63,008 nucleotides of DNA, filler included, from Asterionella formosa (GCA_002256025.1; 22 parts of 22 records of this genome joined end to end with filler, not necessarily neighbours in it), one strand, 5' to 3'; counted from the first letter of the whole stretch, positions 24,308 to 37,994 are shown. Made by a program: numbers and translations. Notes: generated by a model not told the origin, from the letters alone.

Positions 24308-27300
24308 TCAGGCTTGCGCCAACCCAGAGCGGTACGCGCCATTCATTGCTTGACGACGACGATCGTCCATTGCTTGTTGCTGTTTCGCCAACTGCCGGAT
24401 TCGTTCCCTGATGTTCATGCACTGTGGAATTGGACAAACTGACTGCTTGCACTTTTGGGCATGAATGCGCAACAAAGTCCAGATTCGCTTGCAGATCTTG
24501 CAGCCACCTGAAGCCTTCGTAGTACAAGTCTTGGCATGCTGCAAATATTGCTTCATCTTTGCACAATTCGAAGACGAACATGTTCCAGACTTGCAACGCG
24601 AAGCATGTTCGATCAACTGGATATGCAGCTCCAAATTACGTTGTCGCTCGCGCCTTTGCTCCTCAGTCATACCACTGGTGCCTCCTTGGCCTTCTTGATT
24701 CGTTTCAACCGCAATCGGTTGTAGTTTATGGGTACATGCACCTCGATTTGCGTTTGGGTTCTTGAAGCAGTCTTGGCACAGATCGAACTCGGGACAAACG
24801 GGGCAATGGTAACGAGTGCCTGCTAGGATTTCACGATTACAGGCGCCACATTGTTGAACAAACTTTGGTGCATCTCGATTGTGCAGATGCCAAAGTACCA
24901 TCATGGATGTATGCTTAGCCCTTCTCAACTCATCAAACTGGTAGTGATTTCCTCGACATAGATTCAAGAATGATTGGCGATCATTGAGAAACTCACAGTC
25001 CATATCTTCGTCATCATCATCTATCACCTTCACGCCTTTGTCGTTCTTTGTATTTCCATCGGCATCACGTTTTTTGCTGGTCACATTCAACTTTACCTGC
25101 ATCTCCGGATGATCCTTTCGGTACTGGGCAATATTGCTTGGTACTTCAAGCTGATCTGGTGTGGCACCAGACCACGCCAAAAAAGCAACAATGAAGCTGT
25201 CCTTCATGGGATTGATGGTTTCACCCATTTTCTCCATTACCTCGTCTCGCACTGAGTCTTCCAGCTCTTTGGTGCTATCACTTGCAGCAAGCCCATCTTC
25301 ATCCAAACCAATCCCTCGTCCACCAGCCCTGCTCTTTGATTTTATTTTCGCTTTTTTGGCTTTGCTCTTGGTTCCGCCTTTCTTTCCGCCACCTTCTTCA
25401 AGTTCCTTGATGATATTTTCTGCTTCGCCAGGAAAATAATCACCCTCCATGTAAGGAACAGCTGTTGCATCAAGTTTCTCATTCGAGAAGTATAACTCGT
25501 ACATGTTCGTCACTTTACCTACAATACTCCTTCGTTGGGCTTCGGCAAGCATATCAATGTACCATTGGCGTAACCGGGCGTCTCGTGGAGTCTTTTGGTC
25601 CTCTGGCTTTGCGTAGAAAATATAGTCATCGCCCTTGAGTGGCGGACAAGCCCAAATATGAGCTGTCGCAAAACCCTTATTTCTCGCATAATCGAGGTAA
25701 CAGATAAGCAGTTCGTGATAGACAAAAGTTCTCAAGTTTCGAGGCCTCATGAAATGAACGCTGTCGAGATAAGAAATGTACACAGCCCGCTGGTTTGGAG
25801 ATGGACTGTTCTCATTATGCTCATAGACATAAAGGGCAAATAAGACGACATCAACTCCATCCATTTCCTGGAATACGACTAGGCATTTGCAACGATACGG
25901 AAACTCATCCGGATAGTTCTTGTGTGCATAGCGCTTTTTCATGCGCTCACGAACTTCCAACTTCCTTTCAGTTGCGGTAACTTGACGAATGATAATAGGA
26001 CCCCCGTATCCAAGCTTTTTCTTCGCCGCATCGACTGAGATATTCTCGGTAACCGCTTGGACGCCGGCAAGTTCCAACTTTTTGGCTTCCAACATAGTAT
26101 GTACATGTTTCTCAAGACAATCTGATAAAATTGTCCTCGGCAGCTCAACGGCACCTGGAGGCCGGGGCATTTGTTTCATTTTTCCGCTTTTGCGCTTACT
26201 TAGTAGGCACTTTGGGCAGAAATACTTGCTATGATGTTCCTTGTTTTGTCGTGAATTGAATAGACCGCAGATCTGATGAACCCAAGACTCGCATTCGTCA
26301 CACTGCACCCAGCTTTCCTCGTGAACTTCATCGTTCTTCTTCTTCTTGAGATCGTCTTTCATGATCGTCATGTCAACTAACTCGATGGGAATATTACCGT
26401 CAAGTTCATTATAGCACTGGTTGCACCAAAAGTAATGGTTGGTGCCACCAATGTAGAAATGGCTGTTACGGCGGATTCGCTTGCTTTGGCAGTTCATACC
26501 ATTGCAGAAGAAAACAGGTGGCTCAAACATAAGCTTCTCACATCCACACATCGTGCATGCACGGTCATTTTCTCTTCTGATGCGATCTTCTGCGTCCAAC
26601 TGCGCCATCAGTTTTTTGTGGTCTACTTGGAACTTTGCCTTCAACTCAGCAGCCATATCATGGACAACAGAACGTTCCTCATTGTATTGCATAGCATTAT
26701 CAAATGTTAAGTTCACATCCGCAGCAAATTCATCGATGGTGTGGTATTGTCCATTGTCCAATCGACGGTTGACTGTTCCCAAATCCATAGGTTTCTTGAT
26801 AACTTCAAAGTAGTCAGGCAAACCAAGTTCTACTGGATCCACGGGCGTGTTGAAAACCCAACCATGTGTGTGAACCTGAAGTCCCTTCAAAACATCCAAG
26901 CACTTGCCTTTCATTTTTGCCGGAGGAAGCTGAACTGCTCTATTTAACGCAGCAATATGAATTTCGATGTCCTCTACACAGAAACTGTTGATAAGGGAAT
27001 GGTCGTCATGCTTGCCCTTTGCTGAAGCCTCAGTCTTTGCCGATCGCAGCGCTTGCGGTGGTGGAGAATCCGGGGATCTTTGCTGGTCGTAGCTTGACAT
27101 CCCAATGCTACTAGTACTTAAGGGAGCAGAAGACGTGATGTTATTAGGTGCTGGTGGCGCGTCAAATTGATTTGAGATTGAAGGGCTGATTTCTATCTTG
27201 GCTTTTTTCAGTTCAGGCTGGAGATCAGGTGAAGCACCAGAGCTCGATAGCAGAATAGTAGGGTCATCCGTCATATCGGACATGGCAGCAAAGGGGTCCA

Positions 27301-28361
27301 CACCTGAAGACTGAAATGATGTACCGCCATTTTGACCGTCGCGACTTGACTCCTTTTCTTGGCTTTTTCGAATTGTTTCTCGAACGGGACCACATGCTGG
27401 ACAGCGTGCATCTTTACATCGCCGATAATGACTAAGTACATATCGACTGCTCATGCAATGTTGAACAGTGCATTGTTGATCTTTACAGTGTGCAATGTGC
27501 TCCCATAGCGTTTTCATACTAGCACAGTGTGGAGTGACTGGACACTTTCCGGCTTCATATTGGCACTTCGAGGCATGACGCAACAACAACAACCGCTGTT
27601 GTTTGTGTCTAACCTTCTGCAATTCAGTATCGATGTTTCTACCCCCACTTACACTGCTACCCTGCAGACCGGTTTTTGCTATTGAGGAAGGCAAAACATC
27701 ATTTGTGATTGCTCTGTTGCCGGAGGACGATGATGGAGTAGGTTCAGATTTCCGTTGAGTATACAACGTTTGCATCGACTGGGTTGTCAATGGGTTCTGG
27801 CTCGCACTAGTAGCACTTCCAGGCATGTGATACTGAGAAGATGATTGGGGTTGATTTAAGCTGAAAGATGACGAGTTTGGTAAGCCAGAGACTGGCGGAG
27901 GCATCGATGACTGTGGTGGTCGATGTTGATTCATTTGTTGTTGAGGCTGCTGAAAGTTGTTCACCGGCGTTGAAGATGACAAAAAGCCCCCTCCAAGTCC
28001 AGGAGCTATTGGATCTGGAAAGGTGGACATAGATGGCATCATATTTTGGCCTTGAAGCAATGGCATATTCGACGAACCATTGGGATATGTCGAATTGTTC
28101 ATTAAGGGATTTTGCATCATGGTGTTTCCACTTCCAGCGTTAGAGGTGGATATGCCGTGTATACTGTTAGGCATGCTTGGCATAGCTAACGATGAGGAAC
28201 CTGTGCCACCACGACCCTTCGAGCTTGATTTCCGAACAGTATCTCTAACGGGCCCACAAGCTGGACAATTGGAGTCTTTGCACTTGCGGTAGTGGCTCAA
28301 GATAGCGCGAGATGAAAAACAATGAGGAATTTTGCAGTTGTTATCTTTACAACCTTCCATG
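24308..28361 (-). CDS. CBP/p300-type histone acetyltransferase (TAZ-TAZ-bromo-PHD-KAT11-ZZ-TAZ), 5' truncated by contig end
   Basis: [16 protein letters not shown]. Bromodomain: [112 protein letters not shown]-terminal TAZ present. Confidence 0.97.
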
Positions 28362-28790
28362 NNNNNNNNNNNNNNNNNNNNNNNNNNNNNNNNNNNNNNN
28401 NNNNNTTAATTAATTAANNNNNNNNNNNNNNNNNNNNNNNNNNNNNNNNNNNNNNNNNNNNGGTTCCCTTAATGGGGAAGACAGTTTTTAGTTGAAGTTT
28501 GAGAATCTTTTTGTGGCCAGCGAGTTCTGGGATGGAGAGAGTGTATGTGGAGGGTTGGAGTGGCGAGACAAGCGCTTCTTGCTTTGCGTGGTTATCAGTA
28601 GAAGGGAGGGAAGGATGGTGGGGAGGAAGAGAGGAGGGCGAGGTGGGGGTAAAGGGTGCCAGAGGTGTTGGGAAAGAAATCGCATGGCGCTTGAAATAAG
28701 CTCCTAGGCGGGGCTGTCCAGCGGTAATTGCTCTGGGGGAAGAGCGGCGGCGCTTGTGGGAGGAAGCGCCATGGTTGAATAGGAGAGGAG

Positions 28791-28960
28791 CGGCTGCTAC
28801 ACGGAGGTGCACCTGTAGTTGGTGTACTTAAATTAATTCAATTGTCTTCTGTATATGTATCTACGTCACCCAGAGCGGCTGCTACACGTAGGTGCACCTG
28901 TAGTTGGTGTTCTTAAATTAATTCAATTGTTTTTTGTATATGTATCTACGTCACCCAGAG
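28791..28960. repeat. 85-bp tandem duplication
   Basis: CGGCTGCTACACG...TACGTCACCCAGAG at 28791-28875 and 28876-28960, with few mismatches. Confidence 0.95.
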
Positions 28961-30197
28961 GTGAGCACACTACAATGTTGAAATTATAGTAACCTTTTGT
29001 TACATTGACTATACTTGCTTGTTCGTACCCTCACCGTAGAGACTCACACAATATACTTTGTTTATGTATATGTCACCTAAAGTGAAAGGTACTCCTTTTT
29101 CATATTCTACGAATGACCAACATGATGCAGTACATAAATATGTACACGGGAAAGATCAGACCTAGAGTCGTCCAAGAAGCTCCTAGTTCTATTGACACCT
29201 TCAGATTATGACCGTTTTGAGTCCCAAGTGAATCCCATACACCATGAGCTAGCTAATATAGATACACTAATCTTTAAGCTCAAAAATAATTGAACACCAC
29301 ACTTATTCTTACCCAGAACCTACTTGTTTAATACTTACAACGGACCGTAGTAGGGCTGTTTTATAATTTTTAGTATAGCATCAATGAACAAATCACAGCT
29401 TTGATAAACAAAGTGAAGCAATGCTACAAAGTGAAGCAATGCTGCAACCTTAGGCATGACAAGAAATGTCGATGTAACTTCCACCAGACAACCATTGCAA
29501 ACCAATGGCTACCACAAATTTCGGGAATCATGGGCTCAGAGGTGCCACAATTGTAGTAATTACCTGCAATCTGATTTCCAGTATGGAGGTGAGCTTTTTA
29601 AATGCTCTGTGTGAAATTCTGTATGTCTTTTCGAAAGCAATCTTGTGATCGCTCAGCTTTATGTGTGCTTTCTTTGTGGACTTCATTGGTTGGATGAGTC
29701 ATAGTGCCATTTGTGGCGTTGCCTTTGCCTTGCCTTCTGGATGAGTGTTATTGTTCCTCTGCTTCCTTAGCTAAACGACAGAGGAAGAAATCCAGATTGC
29801 TGCTGTCATCATCTGTTCCAAAACCAAAATCATCATTGCTGTCAAGTAACTCAAGATGCGACAATGTGATGATTCATGCAATGGTTTGTTTTAATATATA
29901 GTACAGTATAAAATAGCTTCTTAGTTGGTTAGCTCACTTTCCGAGGTGACAGGATTCCACCTGCTTTGTTTATGTAGTCCCTTGAGTTATGGGTGGTGAG
30001 GCAGACAACAAGCTCTGGGGGGCCAGCCAAGTGTGACTTCACAACCTCCACAATTGTCAAGTTGTTAAAGAATAAAATTTACTTAATATTTTTATATNNN
30101 NNNNNNNNNNNNNNNNNNNNNNNNNNNNNNNNNNNNNNNNNTTAATTAATTAANNNNNNNNNNNNNNNNNNNNNNNNNNNNNNNNNNNNNNNNNNNN

Positions 30198-30482
30198 GTA
30201 GGACTGAAGCGCGTCCAGAAAGATACGCTCCTTTTCGGCTACTGTGAGACGAATGAGTTCCCCACTTTCCGGATCGACGACACAGTATTCCTCGTCAGGA
30301 ATGCATTCTTCTTCCTGCAAGTTAGTCTCAAAGAATCGTCCAGACTTGGCGTCGTAAGCGATTTCTCTCGTTCCGCTCGTAATGGTGATCTTTTCGTCGC
30401 TTCCTTCTTCGGCCATTAAAAGTGGACCAGCAACGGCCACACGACCAGCTGTTGTCGTTGTCTTCCTTAAAGTTCGATGATC
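30198..30482 (-). CDS. PGRL1: PGR5-like protein 1 N-terminal fragment (plastid thylakoid protein), cut by contig end
   Basis: ECIPDEEYCVVD...LTVAEKERIFLDALQSY matches the PGRL1 C...E-x-E-x-x-FL-x-ALQS(F/Y) motif and follows a Thr/Arg-rich transit-like stretch. The true start was not identified. Confidence 0.75.
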
Positions 30483-30504
30483 TTAAATTCATTTACCGGT
30501 ACCG

Positions 30505-30975
30505 GTACTGTCCCGCTGTAGTAGCAGCAGTCATAGACATATGGTGTTCTATTGCTTGCTTATTACCGGTACTCCGACTACCGGTACCGCTTTTCAGTTT
30601 CACGATCATACAATCCTAAAACTATGATGATTTACTATGGTGTGATATTGCTTGCTTATTACTCCGACTACCGTTTTCCAGTTTTACGATTATACAATCC
30701 TAAAACTATGATGATTTATTGTCCCACTGCAGTGTGCTATGGTAGCAACAGTTCTGAACATATGATTTTCTATTGGTTTTTAGTTTTACGATTATACGAT
30801 CCTAAAATTATGATGATTTACTGTCCCACTGTAATTGCAACAGTCATGAACACATGGTGTTTTTTGGTGTTTTTTATGATCATACTATCCTAAAACTATG
30901 ATGATTTACTGTCCCACTGCAGTAGCAACAGTCCTGAACATATGGTGTTCTGTTGCTAGTTTACTACTCCGACTA
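30505..30975. repeat. Degenerate minisatellite, units about 85-105 bp
   Basis: ATCCTAAAA(C/T)TATGATGATTTA recurs four times (about 30613, 30697, 30798, 30887), along with TGTCCCACTG and GAACATATGG motifs. Confidence 0.85.
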
Positions 30976-31531
30976 CCCCCAGTACGGTATATCACTTACT
31001 ACCTGTTACTGGTGCTCTATATATATATATGATATATTGTTATTGTCATACCGGTATGATGTACCGGTACACATGAAGAGCTCCCAACCAAAAAAGGGGC
31101 TTAAACAATTTGCTACCAAAACCCTTGCGGCAATTGAACGGTCTAAATAATTAGTTTCAACGGACGTAGAAAATATCGATGCAAACAAATTTCAGAAACA
31201 ATTCCGGTACACGTAGTCGTGGAAAACAATGGATATATGGTGCATTGAGTATTTTCGAATTATGAATATGCGAGTATGATCATCCCAACCATATCAGATG
31301 TTCCTTATCGAGAGCGCCTTTGAATTTTATAAATGTATAACACTTAATATATATATATATACTTACAAATTTTATTACTATATTCATGGCATATATATTT
31401 TTGAAATCGTTCTGTCATGTTAACAAACAATGCCTGCTGCTTCATGAAAAGATACGTCGTAGTAAAGCACATGACAAGAAAAGAAGGTTTTCGGAATACA
31501 TTACGAAAAACATTGTGACTTCGATACATTG

Positions 31532-31835
31532 CGCCTTCGAAGGATGGAGAATGTTTAAGGTAATGAAGCCATCAATGTGGTACTTGGATGACAATCGTTG
31601 GGAGGCAGGCAGCACAACAACAAATTGTTAACTTAACGCACATTTCCTTTTTTCTCAGTTGATTCAACAGCTCGTTTCGCTTGTTGGGGAGCGCACCAAT
31701 GTAAAACAAAACCAAATTGCGTAAGTGCTCTTGTCGCTCGTTGGACCTTTTCACTTCTGTTGGAACAAAACTAACAAAACGTTTATATTTTCTCAAAGTT
31801 AAGATGACAAAAATGAACCGGTAAGTTTTATTCCA
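31532..31835 (+). repeat. Dispersed repeat family A, copy 3
   Basis: GCCTTCGAAGGATGGAG...GGTAAGTTTTATTC aligns with 11892-12186. Confidence 0.9.
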
Positions 31836-31935
31836 NNNNNNNNNNNNNNNNNNNNNNNNNNNNNNNNNNNNNNNNNNNNTTAATTAATTAANNNNNNNNN
31901 NNNNNNNNNNNNNNNNNNNNNNNNNNNNNNNNNNN

Positions 31936-32319
31936 CAATGATGGTTTAGATTTTGTGAGCTGAATGGGAGTTGCGATGATGGTTACTAACAAGCCAATTA
32001 CCAAAAATAGCACCAAAGCAGTCCGCACTTGACGTTTACATTGAGCCCTTTCTTCTGCTTTAATGTCAACAACAGAGGCACTGGCAAGTTCTGGATCAAC
32101 CACTAGCTCAGTATTGAATAGTGTTGCACGTTCTAGCTGGTCATGTTCACTCCTAATCTCTTTTGTGTCAAAATCAACATTATCATTCACAAAGGAACAG
32201 TCCTGTGAAGATGTCCATAATCCCTGTACTGGAAACGCACCATAACCAGGAAATGAATCAACTCCGAGATTCAAGCATTCTGTTTCCTTTTTCCAACCAA
32301 ATGCTCTTAGCATTGTCAA
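31936..32319 (-). CDS. N-terminal fragment of a single-pass membrane protein (possibly the diatom surface/LRR class)
   Basis: PGYGAFPVQG motif, then basic KRQVR and hydrophobic TALVLFLVIGLLVTIIATPI. Runs into the contig end. Confidence 0.4.
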
Positions 32320-32889
32320 TGTCGTCTTGAATGTAATGAGAGTTGTCTATTGTTTATTCGAGATACTTCTTTGTTTGGTTCTTGTTTGTGTTAAAATTCC
32401 TTTCTCGTCGTCGTCGTTTTAGTCGTGATTGAAAAGTAATTCTTCAGCCCTTCTACCAAAGTAGTGTCTTTACCACCTGTCGTAGAATTCTACGCAACTC
32501 ATTCCTCCTGCATGCCGAAACCTGTTCGCATATGTAAAAATAACATTCATTTGCGTGCATGTCGTATCATGTCGCTCTTGTTTGTAATTCTTGACACTTG
32601 TCAATCACAGTTAGTACCTGAAATAATTTCTCTACCACCTGATGTCGTTGAGTTCTACATGAAATCATCACCATTATGATGCCGGAACTTTTGTCCATCA
32701 TAAAATATGTTTGTACATATGCCCTTCGTGATGGTAAACCGGTATCAGTACAACAGGCACATTTATTGGAAAAATACCATGTGGTACCACTCCACATGGT
32801 TCGTTATAATCGTCATGTAGAAGAAGGTTGAAGTTTAGTCCAATGTATGTTTGATACCAGTATTTAACATGGATTAATGACCCCGAAGG

Positions 32890-33569
32890 TCTTATTCAGC
32901 TAAGCAAAATTCCGGACATGATATGAGAATTTTTCCCTTTCCACTCCTACTGACAAAATGTTGGTACGATAATAATACTTCCTGACTCAAATCGTCCTTT
33001 ATTTTTGTGATCGATGTTTGATGGATATTAGTCCATTCCCAGCGGGATTTTGTGGAAGTTATTGCACTACGTCTGATCCACATATCGCGTTAAAAATTTA
33101 TCATACCAATAAAGCGTCGTAGCTGTCTACGTGTGGCTGGTCTGGCGATATTTTGAATTGCCTCGATTTGATTAGTCATTGGTTGAACACCCTGACGAGT
33201 TATCCAAAAACAAAGATACTCAATTTCGATAGCACAGAATGTCGACTTGTCTGCATTTATCCGAAGGCCCGCTTCGGATATTGTTTGCATCACAATTCGT
33301 ACATGCTGTAGGTGATCGTGAAACGATCCCGAGGTAATACCCAGAAGGTCGTCTAAGTACGTACGTACCCAGGCCTGTCATTAAGTTTGACATTTTTTCT
33401 TGAAAAATGTCCGAGGCTCAGCTGATTCCCATTGGTAATCGCTTATATCTATACTTGCCCCAAGGGAAAATTATAGCACTTAAGTTTTGTGCCTCTTTAT
33501 CTAAACGAATTGTATAGTATCCCATGTTAAGGTCTAATGCCGTGGCATATGTTAACCCTTGTTCAATCT
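32890..33569 (-). pseudogene. Gypsy reverse transcriptase fragment, disrupted
   Basis: ATALDLNMGYYTIRLD, FPWGKYRYKRLPMG, YLDDLL, AGLRINADKSTF, RQLRRFIGMINF, with stops and frameshifts. Confidence 0.92.
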
Positions 33570-33669
33570 NNNNNNNNNNNNNNNNNNNNNNNNNNNNNNN
33601 NNNNNNNNNNNNNTTAATTAATTAANNNNNNNNNNNNNNNNNNNNNNNNNNNNNNNNNNNNNNNNNNNN

Positions 33670-35303
33670 ACCATACAAATGGTCTAGTTCCATTTCAATC
33701 TTGTTTTAAGATTTGAAGACCAAAATTTGAAGTCAGTTGGAGTTTATCGATATCCCAATGAGTCAGTTTCTTTAACAGACCATTTCATATAGAATGTTGC
33801 TGGAGGACTTCAGCCATAACAGCATATTTCCGTATCTGTATAGTTAGGAGCTTGAATGTTCCATGTGTAAACATAATCCTTGATAGGTGTATCAAAATAT
33901 AACAAATCATTGTGCAAATGTTCTGTGCGTATCATTATAGGAATGCATGACATGCAGAAAAACACTGATATATCCACCATACAGACAGGACATGGTATTT
34001 GTAAATTATCCGTCATAAAATAATCAGCTGGATAAATGAGCGAACTCGCAGAAGGTACTAAGACCAGGTACTTCTGTTGCAAGATACAAGCTGACAGATT
34101 AAATTTTGAGAGCATCATGCTGAGTACTGGCAAAGGAAGAAAAAGTGGGATCATACCTGCTATGCATGGTATATATTAATTATAAATGTTCGATTTACAA
34201 CGAAATGTCCTGAAGTGCAATCCATTCATAAGTTAAAGATCAGGACCCACCGTGATCAAATAATATTCATCTTTTGTCATGCATATACAACGCAGCCACC
34301 AATGCTTGGGTTGCTTATGACATGAGAATGAAATGCAATTAAGCTTATGCATTCATAGGCAAAGAAAGAATGAGACCGGAATCAGGTCTTGAGATGTGCA
34401 TATGGAATGATATATTGAATCTACCTTTGCATTTTAAAATATCCCGTGTTAAAATAGCGGTGATATCCAACCTGTAATTATCCTGTAAATAACAAAAGTT
34501 ATTCAGGTAATGATTGACGTAAGACATATTCAATGTGCTGTCGCTCATAAATATATATATATATATATGTATATTATTAAAATCATAGCATTGTTGCTAT
34601 TGTCGCACATAATTCTGTTAAGGCGATATGTTCAGCATTCTGCTGGTTTTTTATTAGGCACATCGGCCACTAACTGACCAACAGGAGGGTTCATGACCAC
34701 TAAAATTTCCTGGGCAGATTCATAATAGTCGGCAGGTATGGCCCTCGGCACAGTACCCTAACCAGACATCATCATAGGGTTAACCCATGGATTTGCTTGT
34801 ATAAAACATGCACGGAAGAAATAACATGAATAGAGTTAGCTGTGTTAGTATGATAATTTGCTCCGCGTAGAATTTCTACGACAGGAGAGGAACAGGAACC
34901 GGATTCCGAACAGGAACAAGGTTAGTAGTGTTAGTAATGTTAACTCCATGAACCTTATGTTTGACTGTTGTTTCATATTCCATGCGTGGTCGGTTGCATT
35001 AAGATGCATGTGCCCTGTCATTGCCACTGAGTATAAAATTATCATGTACAAATTTACGCTTGAAAGGGTGGTTGTATTCTTGATACATCACAGGACTGCA
35101 TTTAGCAAGAATGCGAAGACGATCTTTTGTTAAAATTGACACCAGTCACGCTTATTTTCTTGATACGTCATGGAAGTGTCTTCAACTTCAACTATTTATT
35201 TACGATTTTGTGTTAGAAAATTGACACCAGGCACGCGCGTTCTCTCGACATAACACGATTGCCTTCAACAAGCGATGCGAAGTCGATTTCGGCTTATGGT
35301 AGA
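33670..35303 (-). repeat. Repeat family B copy (heavily decayed Gypsy pol-derived sequence)
   Basis: Near-identical to 35404-37037, 52729-54122 and the reverse complement of 61380-61845. The 61380 copy runs on into recognisable Gypsy RNase H. Confidence 0.85.
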
Positions 35304-35403
35304 NNNNNNNNNNNNNNNNNNNNNNNNNNNNNNNNNNNNNNNNNNNNTTAATTAATTAANNNNNNNNNNNNNNNNNNNNNNNNNNNNNNNNNNNNNNNNN
35401 NNN

Positions 35404-37037
35404 ACCATACAAATGGTCTAGTTCCATTTCAATCTTGTTTTAAGATTTGAAGACCAAAATTTGAAGTCAGTTGGAGTTTATCGATATCCCAATGAGTCAG
35501 TTTCTTTAACAGACCATTTCATATAGAATGGTGCTGGAGGACTTCAGCCATAACAGCATATTTCCGTATCTGTATAGTTGGGAGCTTGAATGTTCCATGT
35601 GTAAACATAATCCTTGATAGGTGTATCAAAATATAACAAATCATTGTGCAAATGTTCTGTGCATATCATTATAGGAATGCATGACATGCAGAAAAACACT
35701 GATATATCCACCATACAGACAGGACATGGTATTTGTAAATTATCCGTCATAAAATAATCAGCTGGATAAATGAGCGAACTCGCAGAAGGTACTAAGACCA
35801 GGTACTTCTGTTGCAAGATACAAGCTGACGGATTAAATTTTGAGAGCATCATGCTGAGGACTGGCAAAGGAAGAAAAAGTGGGATCATACCTGCTATGCA
35901 TGGTATATATTAATTATAAATGTTCGATTTACAACGAAATGTCCTGAAGTGCAATCCATTCATAAGTTAAAGATCAGGACCCACCATGATCAAATAATAT
36001 TCATCTTTTGTCATGCATATACAACGCAGTCACCAATGCTTGGGTTGCTTATGACATGAGAATGAAATGCAATTAAGCTTATGCATTCATAGGCAAAGAA
36101 AGAATGAGACCGGAATCAGGTCTTGAGATGTGCATATGGAATGATATATTGAATCTACCTTTGCATTTTAAAATATCCCGTGTTACAATAGCGGTGATAT
36201 CCAACCTGTAATTATCCTGTAAATAACAAAAGTTATTCAGGTAATGATTGACGTAAGACATATTCAATGTGCTGTCGCTCATAAATATATATATATATAT
36301 ATGTATATTATTAAAATCATAGCATTGTTGCTATTGTCGCACATAATTCTGTTAAGGCGATATATTCAGCATTCTGCTGGTTTTTTATTAGGCACATCGG
36401 CCACTAACTGACCCACAGGAGGGTGCATGAACACTAAAATTTCCTGGGCAGATTCATAATAGTCGGCAGGTATGGCCCTCGGCACAGTACCTTAACCAGA
36501 CATCATCATAGGGTTAACCCATGGATTTGCTTGTATAAAACATGCACGGAAGAAATAACATGAATAGAGTTAGCTGTGTTAGTATGATAATTTGCTCCGC
36601 GTAGAATTTCTACGACAGGAGAGGAACAGGAACCGGATTCCGAACAGGAACAAGGTTAGTAGTGTTAGTAATGTTAACTCCATGAACCTTATGTTTGACT
36701 GTTGTTTCATATTCCATGCGTGGTCGGTTGCATTAAGATGCATGTGCCCTGTCATTGCCACTGAGTATAAAATTATCATGTACAAATTTACGCTTGAAAG
36801 GGTGGTTGTATTCTTGATACATCACAGGACTGCATTTAGCAAGAATGCGAAGACGATCTTTTGTTAAAATTGACACCAGTCACGCTTATTTTCTTGATAC
36901 GTCATGGAAGTGTCTTCAACTTCAACTATTTATTTACGATTTTGTGTTAGAAAATTGACACCAGGCACGCGCGTTCTCTCGACATAACACGATTGCCTTC
37001 AACAAGCGATGCGAAGTCGATTTCGGCTTATGGTAGA
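35404..37037 (-). repeat. Repeat family B copy (same ends as 33670-35303; allele or paralog)
   Basis: Same start ACCATACAAATGG and end GGCTTATGGTAGA, with only scattered SNPs. Confidence 0.9.
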
Positions 37038-37872
37038 NNNNNNNNNNNNNNNNNNNNNNNNNNNNNNNNNNNNNNNNNNNNTTAATTAATTAANNNNNNN
37101 NNNNNNNNNNNNNNNNNNNNNNNNNNNNNNNNNNNNNCACTTTACTACCAGGTACTACTGGTTTGCACACCAGCTGACGGCAGGAATTTAGTGATGCTTA
37201 GCAGTACCAGGTTTTGTACCTGGTACCCGGTAGTACCTAGTACCGGACACCAGAAAATGGTTCTGTGGTACCTGGTACCAGGCACCAGGTACCATGATGA
37301 TACTTCCGGCGGGAATTTAGTCATGCTACCAGGTTTTATGCATAGTAGTACTGGTATAACAGCACCAGCACAATGCTGCTGGTACCAAGTAGGCAGGTCT
37401 ATGGTACCAGGCTGTACATTCATACACAGCTTACTGTCAGCACCTCTGATCTTGCTACTGGCACTTCTCTACCTTTCCCTTAGGATTCTGTAGATTCAGT
37501 ACTCATTCCATGATGCCAGAACTTCATTAGTTGCTTCTGGCACTTCCTCACCTTCCTCATTTTGCCAACTAGAATTAAGCTCATATAATTGAAAACATCA
37601 GTTTTGTCAACCAAACTTGCATTCATTCCTTTCTTTCACCAACCTTGGATCCCTACAAGATCCACCACCTTGGATCCCTACAAGATCCACCACCTTAAAT
37701 CCCTACAAGATTCACTCTTCTTGACCTTTCACACAGTTTGTCACTTAAGTTCTATACAACCTTGGATCCTTCTACAATCTGTAATCTTCTGGAAATTTCT
37801 AGTTTTCATTACCTTCCATTTAAGACTCAATCTCTTATATATATCGCTACATCATCAAGTGATATACTAACT

Positions 37873-37884
37873 GGTTATGAGCCC
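37873..37884 (+). promoter_or_regulatory. Primer-binding site complementary to the anticodon arm of initiator tRNA-Met
   Basis: GGTTATGAGCCC is the reverse complement of GGGCTCATAACC and lies about 110 nt upstream of the gag ATG. Same PBS type as Ty5 and copia. Confidence 0.8.
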
Positions 37885-37994
37885 AATTGCGCTTATTTTC
37901 TGTGAAATAAAAGCAACCTCTACAAGATTAAAACAATCTCAGTCACTTTCTTTTCTATTACTCAAGGAAATCTTCTTTATAGTCCTTCCTCATC

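Noticed and set aside
24303..28292. Short overlapping and antisense ORFs within CBP, the fusion gene and Copia pol
   Set aside because: Shadow frames of strong coding regions with no recognisable motifs.
20831..28361. Functional cluster of the fusion gene with CBP/p300
   Set aside because: They are convergent neighbours with no pathway link; nothing beyond adjacency supports it.
30505..30975. CRISPR array
   Set aside because: Eukaryotic context, degenerate repeats, mutually similar spacers and no cas genes.
33810..36867. Conserved small ORFs repeated in several contigs (MIPLFLPLPV..., MSDSTLNMSY...) as a gene family
   Set aside because: They are identical only because the DNA repeat is near-identical; they are chance frames over decayed Gypsy sequence.
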